Shown here: one piece after another, positions 1-7,080 of the stretch
Layout of the letters: each line of letters starts with the position of its first letter
Position numbering within the stretch: the first letter of the stretch is position 1
From: Cytophagales bacterium
GTDB lineage: Bacteria; Bacteroidota; Bacteroidia; Cytophagales; Cyclobacteriaceae
Reading direction: 5' to 3'
DNA length: 43,596 bases
Assembly: GCA_020063545.1 (NCBI GenBank)
Contig: JAGUUF010000120.1
Location: 1-43,596 of the forward strand
Made by a program: the position numbers and the translations under genes
The notes under the pieces: model-generated
Databases searched by the model: none
Seen by the model: the letters and a program-made list of their open reading frames with translations, nothing else
Told to the model about the DNA's origin: nothing

Positions 1-44
1 ATTTTAAATAAGCCGGGATCAAAAATTATGGACGGAATTAAATA

Positions 45-560
45 ATGGAAGCCAGCGCAATTCTTTTCTACCTGTTGTCATTCGTCATCCTCGTTTCGTC
101 CCTGGCAGCGGTTACGGCACGCAGAATTTTACGCGCAGCCGTGTACCTGCTGTTTGCACTTGGAGGAACAGCCGCCATCTATTTTATGGTTGATTACTAT
201 TTCCTGGCAGCCGTGCAACTGATTGTGTATGCCGGGGGGATTGTGGTGCTTATCATTTTCTCTATTCTGCTTACCACGCATATCCATGAAAAACTGGAAC
301 TGCCGCAATGGAGCAAAATCATGGCAACGTTTGTTCTGGTTGCTGCCGGGTTTTCCGTTACCCTCTATGCACTCACTGCTTATCCGTTTGAAGCCCGGGC
401 CGGAAGCCGCGTTGATGCAACCGTTGGCCTGATTGGCGAGCGCATGCTTGCCTATGGTGAAGGCGGGTATGTGCTTCCCTTTGAAGTGATCAGTATTTTG
501 CTGTTAGCCGCGCTGGTAGGCGCCATTGTTATTGCCAAACGAAATCCTCCTGCCGCATGA
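45..560 (+). CDS. nuoJ: NADH-quinone oxidoreductase subunit J
   Basis: 171-aa polytopic membrane ORF with a NuoJ/ND6-like core (FLAAVQLIVYAGGIVVLIIF). ATG start, 4-nt overlap with the next gene, position in the J-K-L-M-N order. Confidence 0.9.
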   Translation: MEASAILFYLLSFVILVSSLAAVTARRILRAAVYLLFALGGTAAIYFMVDYYFLAAVQLIVYAGGIVVLIIFSILLTTHIHEKLELPQWSKIMATFVLVAAGFSVTLYALTAYPFEARAGSRVDATVGLIGERMLAYGEGGYVLPFEVISILLLAALVGAIVIAKRNPPAA

Positions 561-874
561 TTGACCACGTTCCATTAACCCATGTACTTATCGTTTCCAC
601 ACTGATGTTTTTTATCGGTGCGTACGGGTTTCTTACCCGGAAAAATTTAGTAACGATGCTGATTGGTGTAGAACTGATGCTTAATGCGGTAAACATCAAC
701 TTTGTGGCGTTTGACCGCTACCTGTTTCCTTCAGGCATCGAAGGGCATTTTTTCTCCCTTTTTATTATTGCCATTGCCGCTGCCGAAGCTGCGGTGGCCA
801 TCGCCATTTTTATCAATCTCTACCGGAATATCCGCTCTATTGATGTGGAACACGTTGACAAAATGAAGTACTGA
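557..874 (+). CDS. nuoK: NADH-quinone oxidoreductase subunit K
   Basis: 105-aa three-TM ORF with NuoK/ND4L signature (GVELMLNAVNINFVAF). ATGA overlap with nuoJ; its TGA shares one nt with the nuoL ATG. Confidence 0.92.
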   Translation: MIDHVPLTHVLIVSTLMFFIGAYGFLTRKNLVTMLIGVELMLNAVNINFVAFDRYLFPSGIEGHFFSLFIIAIAAAEAAVAIAIFINLYRNIRSIDVEHVDKMKY

Positions 875-2778
875 TGAGTTCAACCTTAACCATACTCATC
901 CTGCTTTTGCCGTTTGCAGCTTTTGTTTTCAACGGGCTGCTAAGTGCCAAACTACCTCACCGGGTAGCCGGCTGGATTGCCGTTGGCGCTATCGGCATTT
1001 CAACCATCCTCGCATGGAAAACTGCTGCTGCGTATTTCTCCCAATCAACGCCTTATACAAAACAACTTGTATTCTCAGCAACCTGGCTTCGTTTTACCGA
1101 CACCCTTCAGGTTGACATGGGTATTTTGCTGGACCCGATTTCGGTGATGATGCTGGTTGTGATCACCACTGTATCGCTGATGGTATTTGCTTACAGCACA
1201 AGCTACATGCTGGGTGAGAAGGGTTATGTGCGGTACTTTGCATTTCTCTCCCTGTTCAGTTTCAGTATGCTGGGCCTGGTAGCAGCCGGCAATTTATTTC
1301 AGTTGTACATGTTCTGGGAACTGGTGGGCGTATCGTCTTACCTGCTTATCGGGTATTATTACGATAAACCGGAAGCCGTAGCTGCAGCAAAGAAGGCGTT
1401 TATCGTTACGCGCTTTGCCGACTTCGGTTTTTTGGTCGGCATTCTGGTGCTATCGTATTACACCGGCACGTTTGATTTTATAACCCTGACCAATCCGGAA
1501 AACCCGGCCATCACTTCCATGACGGGAATTTCCTTTATGGGCATATCGGTACTCACCTGGGCCCTGGTACTCATCTTCATGGGTGGTGCGGGTAAGTCGG
1601 CCATGTTTCCGCTGCACATCTGGCTGCCCGATGCGATGGAAGGCCCTACTCCTGTTTCAGCATTAATCCATGCCGCCACCATGGTGGTTGCCGGGGTGTT
1701 CCTGGTTGCCCGTATGTTCCCGGTATTTGTTTTTCATGCACCGGCAGCGTTAGCGGTTGTTGCATTTATTGGCGCATTCACGTTATTGTTTGCGGCCGTA
1801 ATTGCCTGCACCCAAACCGATATTAAGCGGATACTTGCTTTTTCAACCATGTCGCAAATCGGCTACATGATGCTGGCCCTTGGTGTTTCCGGTTATGCAA
1901 GCGATAGCCTTGGGTTTACCGCTTCCATGTTCCATTTGTTTACGCACGCGTTCTTCAAGGCATTGCTCTTTCTTGGTGCAGGTTCTGTTATTCATGCCCT
2001 TAATACCAACGACATCCGCGGGATGGGCGGACTCCGAAAGCACCAACCCATAACACATGTTCTCTTCCTTATTGCTTGCCTGGCAATAGCCGGTATTCCG
2101 CCATTTGCGGGCTTCTTAAGCAAAGATGAAATCCTGGCTGCCACACTGGCCACAAACACATTTTACTTCGGAATAGCCACATTAGCTGCAGCCCTTACGG
2201 CTTTTTATATGTTCAGGCTGTACTTCACGGTGTTCTGGAACAGCGAACGAAACTATGAACACAGCCCGCACGAATCGCCAGCCGGTATGCTGGTGCCCAT
2301 GGGGATCCTTGGAGTGGGTTCCATTGCTGCCGGGCTCATCCCGTTCGGCAGGTTTGTTACTTCGGATGGGCAACCTCTGAAAACACATCTTCATATGCCG
2401 GTGGCCATTATTTCAGTAACGGTAGCTTTAGTCGGGATAGGGGTTGCGTGGTTCTTTTACAAGAAGCAATCGGATGTGCCGCAAAAAATTACCGCTTCCA
2501 TTGGCGGCTTATATCAAACCGTTTACCGGAAGTTTTATATCGATGAACTCTATCTCTTCATCACGAAACGGATAATCTTCAACCTGATTGCAAAACCGCT
2601 GGCCTGGTTTGACCGACAGGTTATTGATGGGTTTATGAATTTTACCGCATCGGCAACCAACCGCATATCGGCTGAGTTGAAAGAATTCCAGTCGGGGCAA
2701 CTGCAGAAATATGCGTACATTTTTTTGGCGGGTGTGCTTATTCTGGTCGTTGCTTTACTCTACACGGGCTTGAACTAA
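874..2778 (+). CDS. nuoL: NADH-quinone oxidoreductase subunit L
   Basis: 634-aa antiporter-like subunit. Motifs WELVGVSSYLLIGYYY and PLHIWLPDAMEGPTPVSALIHAATMV are typical of NuoL/ND5. Confidence 0.93.
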   Translation: MSSTLTILILLLPFAAFVFNGLLSAKLPHRVAGWIAVGAIGISTILAWKTAAAYFSQSTPYTKQLVFSATWLRFTDTLQVDMGILLDPISVMMLVVITTVSLMVFAYSTSYMLGEKGYVRYFAFLSLFSFSMLGLVAAGNLFQLYMFWELVGVSSYLLIGYYYDKPEAVAAAKKAFIVTRFADFGFLVGILVLSYYTGTFDFITLTNPENPAITSMTGISFMGISVLTWALVLIFMGGAGKSAMFPLHIWLPDAMEGPTPVSALIHAATMVVAGVFLVARMFPVFVFHAPAALAVVAFIGAFTLLFAAVIACTQTDIKRILAFSTMSQIGYMMLALGVSGYASDSLGFTASMFHLFTHAFFKALLFLGAGSVIHALNTNDIRGMGGLRKHQPITHVLFLIACLAIAGIPPFAGFLSKDEILAATLATNTFYFGIATLAAALTAFYMFRLYFTVFWNSERNYEHSPHESPAGMLVPMGILGVGSIAAGLIPFGRFVTSDGQPLKTHLHMPVAIISVTVALVGIGVAWFFYKKQSDVPQKITASIGGLYQTVYRKFYIDELYLFITKRIIFNLIAKPLAWFDRQVIDGFMNFTASATNRISAELKEFQSGQLQKYAYIFLAGVLILVVALLYTGLN

Positions 2779-2779
2779 C

Positions 2780-3838
2780 ATGACATCCTTTCCGGCATAT
2801 AGTAACCTGGTTACCCGCATAAAAGAACTTGTGCTTCAGGCCCGATCGCGTATTGTAAAGACAATTAATGCCGAATTACTTGTCACGTATTGGACGATTG
2901 GAAAACTGATTGTTGAGAAAGAGAAACAAAGCAGGTTTGACGACCTGTCGTTGCGAAAAATGCTGATTGAAATCTCCCGGGAGCTATCAAGGGATTTGGG
3001 TAAAGGCTTTAGCCGGAGCCAGTTGGTTTACATGCGTCTTTTCTACCTGCGATTCCCCGGTCTGACAGTGTCAAACCAAACCAAAAAAAAACAATCCCCC
3101 CGCACTGGTCTGACAGTGTCAGACCAGTTGAGCTGGTCTCATTATATTGAGTTACTCAAATGCGAAAGCGACCTCGAACTTTCATTCTATATTAAATCAA
3201 GCATCAGGGAAAACTGGTCAGTAAGGGAACTAAGACGGCAAATCGACAGTGCTTTGTTTGAACGGATTGCACTTAGCAAAGACGGAAAAGGAGTTAAAGC
3301 ACTTGCGCAAAAGGGGCGGATTATTGAATCGCCTTATGATATTACGCGTGATCCATACGTACTCGAGTTTTTAAATATCCCGGTTCACATCCGCTATTCT
3401 GAAAAAGCCCTTGAGCAACGGATTATTGACAATCTTCAAAACTTCATCCTGGAATTAGGGAATGGCTTTGCCTTTATTGGCCGTCAATACCGCATTACGA
3501 TTGATAATACACACTACTATATTGACTTGGTCTTTTACCATCGGATTCTCAAGTGCTTTGTATTAATCGATTTAAAAGTAAGGGGGATTAAACATGCGGA
3601 TATCGGGCAAATGAATCTTTACCTTAATTATTTTGCAACAGAACAAAATCAAGCAAACGATAACCCCCCTGTAGGGATAATCCTGGTTAAACGAAAGGGT
3701 GAAATACTGGTTGAATATACAACCACCGGACTTCCAAATAAAATATTTGTATCAAAGTATCAACTTTACCTACCCGATAAAAAAGTGTTGAGAAAGAAAA
3801 TTGAAGAACTCTTTGAAGATACCAAAATAAAAAGATAA
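2780..3838 (+). CDS. PD-(D/E)XK nuclease-family protein, YhcG/DUF1016-like
   Basis: 352-aa soluble ORF. N-terminus (ELLVTYWTIGKLIVEKE ... QLSWSHYIELL) and C-terminal core (YYIDLVFYHRILKCFVLIDLKVRGIKHADIGQMNLYLNYF, i.e. D ... DxK) match my recollection of YhcG/DUF1016 proteins. Starts 1 nt after the nuoL stop and overlaps the nuoM ATG by 1 nt. Confidence 0.8.
   Translation: MTSFPAYSNLVTRIKELVLQARSRIVKTINAELLVTYWTIGKLIVEKEKQSRFDDLSLRKMLIEISRELSRDLGKGFSRSQLVYMRLFYLRFPGLTVSNQTKKKQSPRTGLTVSDQLSWSHYIELLKCESDLELSFYIKSSIRENWSVRELRRQIDSALFERIALSKDGKGVKALAQKGRIIESPYDITRDPYVLEFLNIPVHIRYSEKALEQRIIDNLQNFILELGNGFAFIGRQYRITIDNTHYYIDLVFYHRILKCFVLIDLKVRGIKHADIGQMNLYLNYFATEQNQANDNPPVGIILVKRKGEILVEYTTTGLPNKIFVSKYQLYLPDKKVLRKKIEELFEDTKIKR
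3059..3125 (+). repeat. 19-bp direct repeat (18/19 identical) spaced 48 bp in frame; second copy lies in a 10-1-10 perfect palindrome
   Basis: ggtctgacagtgtcaAacc at 3059..3077 and ggtctgacagtgtcaGacc at 3107..3125. tggtctgaca-g-tgtcagacca at 3106..3126 is a perfect inverted repeat. The spacer holds an A9 run (3083..3091) and a C6 run (3096..3101). Encodes GLTVSNQ...GLTVSDQ. Confidence 0.9.
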
Positions 3839-5316
3839 TGACCCTGCTGCTCGCCCTCATACTCGTTCCGGCCCTCACCGCACTGGCTATTGTGTTTGCC
3901 GGTAACTCAAAGCAGGTTAAAATCCTTTCGGCTGCCGGTATGAGCATACAACTCCTTCAATCGGTATACCTGCTTTATGCCTTCTTAGCCGAACGTTCTT
4001 CGGGAAATACCGAACCCGTGTTGTTCTACAACCGGTTTGCGTGGTACAGCAGCCTGCATATTTCGTTTGACATTGGTGTTGACGGTATTTCGGTAGCCAT
4101 GATTGTGCTCACGGCCATTGTAATCTTCACCGGCATTTTTGCAAGTTGGGAAGTTGAGGAGCAATACAAGGAATTTTTTATTTCCCTTATTGTGCTGGCC
4201 ACGGGCGTGTTCGGTTTCTTCATCTCCCTCGACCTGTTTGTAATGTTTCTCTTCTTCGAGCTGGCCGTAATACCCATGTACCTGCTTATCGGCATCTGGG
4301 GCAGTGGTAAAAAAGAATACAGCGCCATGAAGTTAACGCTGATGCTGATGGCCGGCTCGGCCCTGCTGGTGGTGGGGATTCTCGGAATCTACTTTCATTC
4401 CAATGTAAACGGACATCACAGCTTCAACATCCTTGAACTATCAGGGCAGCAGTTCGGCATAGACATGCAGCGAATATTCTTCCCGCTTACCTTCATCGGG
4501 TTTGGCGTAATCGGGGCGCTGTTTCCATTTCACACCTGGTCGCCTGACGGCCACAGCTCGGCCCCTACTGCAGTATCCATGCTCCATGCCGGGGTGTTGA
4601 TGAAACTGGGCGGCTACGGGTGCCTGAAGGTGGCCATCTGGCTAATGCCGCAGGCTGCCCATGAACTGGCCTGGATATTCCTGATCCTCACCTCCATATC
4701 GGTTATCTATGGTGCGTTAGGTGTCATTTCACAAACCGATCTGAAATACATTAATGCGTACTCTTCCGTAAGCCATTGCGGACTGGTGTTGTTTGCGCTG
4801 CTTATGCTGAACAAAACCGCAACCAATGGCGCGGTAATACAAATGATCTCGCACGGACTGATGACAGCCCTTTTCTTTGCGCTGATAGGAATGCTGTATT
4901 CGCGCACGCATACCCGCACCGTGCATGAAATGGGCGGACTGATGAAGGTGCTGCCCTTTCTGTCGGTGTGCTATGTTATTGCCGGTTTGGCCTCGCTGGG
5001 GCTGCCCGGGTTAAGCGGCTTTGTGGCCGAAATGACAATCTTTGTAGGTGCCTTCCAGCATACCGATTGGTTCCACAGGTTCATCACAATCATTGCCATT
5101 TCATCCATTGTAGTAACGGCTGTTTACATCCTGCGGGTTGTAGGCACTTTGCTGATGGGCCCGGTTAAAAACGAAACGTACCTGAAATTTCACCAGGCAA
5201 CCTGGTATGAGAAACTGGCAACCGTTACGCTGATTGCCGGAATTATTATTATTGGTATCGCACCGCTTTGGCTTTCGGATATGATTATGGAAAGCCTCGG
5301 TGCAATTCTGGATTAA
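3838..5316 (+). CDS. nuoM: NADH-quinone oxidoreductase subunit M
   Basis: 492-aa antiporter-like subunit with NuoM/ND4-type motifs (FELAVIPMYLLIGIWG, FPFHTWSPDGHSSAPTAVSMLHAGVLMKLGGYG). Confidence 0.93.
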   Translation: MTLLLALILVPALTALAIVFAGNSKQVKILSAAGMSIQLLQSVYLLYAFLAERSSGNTEPVLFYNRFAWYSSLHISFDIGVDGISVAMIVLTAIVIFTGIFASWEVEEQYKEFFISLIVLATGVFGFFISLDLFVMFLFFELAVIPMYLLIGIWGSGKKEYSAMKLTLMLMAGSALLVVGILGIYFHSNVNGHHSFNILELSGQQFGIDMQRIFFPLTFIGFGVIGALFPFHTWSPDGHSSAPTAVSMLHAGVLMKLGGYGCLKVAIWLMPQAAHELAWIFLILTSISVIYGALGVISQTDLKYINAYSSVSHCGLVLFALLMLNKTATNGAVIQMISHGLMTALFFALIGMLYSRTHTRTVHEMGGLMKVLPFLSVCYVIAGLASLGLPGLSGFVAEMTIFVGAFQHTDWFHRFITIIAISSIVVTAVYILRVVGTLLMGPVKNETYLKFHQATWYEKLATVTLIAGIIIIGIAPLWLSDMIMESLGAILD

Positions 5317-5320
5317 CGCT

Positions 5321-6736
5321 ATGACCTGGAATGAATTACTCTTAATGCGGCATGAATGGACCCTCATCGGGTTGGCCCTGGTGCTTATCATTCTTGAGAT
5401 CGGTCTTTCCGATGAACAGAAAAACCGGATAACCATTTCAGCCTCCCTGTTAATGGCATCCATAACCATAGTTGGATTCATTCCGGCTGAACACGGAAGC
5501 ATTTTTGGCGGCATGTATGTAACCGATCCCATCCGTATCCTGATGAAGAACATCCTCAACATCGGGGCGCTGATTATTTTCCTGCAAAGCAATGCCTGGC
5601 TAAGCAAAGCTTCCATGAAAAACCGCATCACCGAATTTTACCTGTTGCTGGTTTCCAGCCTGATTGGCGTAAACTACATGATTTCGGCCGGGCATTTCCT
5701 GATGTTTTACCTCGGCCTTGAACTGCTTACCATTCCCATTGCTGCACTGGCAGCGTACGAACAATACAACAGTAAATCGGCTGAAGCCGGCATTAAGCTT
5801 ATTTTGTCTTCGGCATTCTCTTCCGCAATTCTATTGTTCGGTCTGTCGGTATTATACGGGGCTACCGGTAATTTATACTTTGCGGGCTTTTCGTTTACCG
5901 GCTCGCTGGTTACTGTGCTTGGTTTTATTTTCTTCTTTTCCGGCTTAGCCTTTAAAATCAGTATTGTACCCTTTCATTTATGGACGGCCGATGTGTACGA
6001 AGGAAGCCCTACCAGCGTTACTTCCTACCTCTCGGTTGTTTCAAAAGGTGCAGCCGTGTTCGTGTTGGCCATTCTGCTGTTCACATTATTCCGGGTGATT
6101 CAGCCGGTTTGGCGGGATGTATTGTATGCCACCGCCATCCTTACCATGACTATCGGGAACCTGTTTGCCATCCGGCAGCAAAACCTTAAACGCTTCCTTG
6201 CCTTTTCTTCCATTGCCCAGGCCGGCTTTATTTTGTTGGGCGTTATCAATGGCGGAGGTTTGGGCATGGCCACCGTAATCTACTTTGTTTTGATGTACGT
6301 GTTCAGCAACCTGGCCGCCTTTGGCGTGGTGCAAACAGTTGAACAGTCAACCGGAAAACTGAATATTGATGATTACAACGGGTTTTACAAAACCAACCCG
6401 AAGTTGAGCCTGACGATGATGCTGGCCCTATTTTCATTGGCAGGAATCCCCCCGCTGGCCGGATTTTTTGGTAAATTTTTCCTGTTTACGGCTGTTGCCG
6501 AAAATGGCTTTTACACCCTGTTGCTGGTTGCTGTACTGAATACTGTTATCTCACTCTACTATTACCTCCTGGTGGTAAAGGCAATGTTTATCAACAAGAG
6601 TGAATCGCCAATACCCGTAATTACCAGTGATGGTTTTATGCGAACTTCACTTTTGATCGCAGCTACCGGTATTATCGTGTTGGGTTTTTACAGCCCGGTG
6701 TTTGATTACATTATGGAACTTTGCACAACCTACTGA
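5321..6736 (+). CDS. nuoN: NADH-quinone oxidoreductase subunit N
   Basis: Antiporter-like subunit (FKISIVPFHLWTADVYEGSPTSVTSYLSVVSKGAAV). The ATG at 5321 lies 5 nt after the nuoM stop. The ORF is also open from a GTG at 5300, which is an alternative start. Confidence 0.88.
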   Translation: MTWNELLLMRHEWTLIGLALVLIILEIGLSDEQKNRITISASLLMASITIVGFIPAEHGSIFGGMYVTDPIRILMKNILNIGALIIFLQSNAWLSKASMKNRITEFYLLLVSSLIGVNYMISAGHFLMFYLGLELLTIPIAALAAYEQYNSKSAEAGIKLILSSAFSSAILLFGLSVLYGATGNLYFAGFSFTGSLVTVLGFIFFFSGLAFKISIVPFHLWTADVYEGSPTSVTSYLSVVSKGAAVFVLAILLFTLFRVIQPVWRDVLYATAILTMTIGNLFAIRQQNLKRFLAFSSIAQAGFILLGVINGGGLGMATVIYFVLMYVFSNLAAFGVVQTVEQSTGKLNIDDYNGFYKTNPKLSLTMMLALFSLAGIPPLAGFFGKFFLFTAVAENGFYTLLLVAVLNTVISLYYYLLVVKAMFINKSESPIPVITSDGFMRTSLLIAATGIIVLGFYSPVFDYIMELCTTY

Positions 6737-7080
6737 TGGCACTCGATAAATTTCAGCATGTAACCAAAGAGATTGACGGGGTAAACTACCGCATCATCGA
6801 GGCCGGTGTTTCAAAAAGCCGTGCCGACTTCCTTCACCGGTTGCTTGCGCACAACGGGCTTGAAACCATTATTGAAACCGACCCGGCCAAAGAAGGGCAG
6901 GAACAAACCTATACGATTATTACACCCGATGTTACCTTTAACCCCGTTGTAAAAGTATATAATCGAGAACTGCGCACCTTTGACGGCCGCAGGGTTACGC
7001 CCGACTACTGGAACCAACTGACGGAAAAGACCGAGCCGAATTACTGGGATTTGAACAAGAAGGATTTCTTAAAAAAATAG
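6736..7080 (+). CDS. hypothetical protein, translationally coupled to nuoN
   Basis: 114-aa hydrophilic ORF. Its ATG overlaps the nuoN TGA (TGATG). The track ORF begins at an upstream TTG (6721) inside nuoN. I recognise no family. Confidence 0.6.
   Translation: MALDKFQHVTKEIDGVNYRIIEAGVSKSRADFLHRLLAHNGLETIIETDPAKEGQEQTYTIITPDVTFNPVVKVYNRELRTFDGRRVTPDYWNQLTEKTEPNYWDLNKKDFLKK

Noticed and set aside
5101-5631. 176-aa minus-strand ORF spanning the nuoM/nuoN junction
   Set aside because: It is antisense to two strongly supported nuo genes and has a Met/Arg-rich low-complexity translation.
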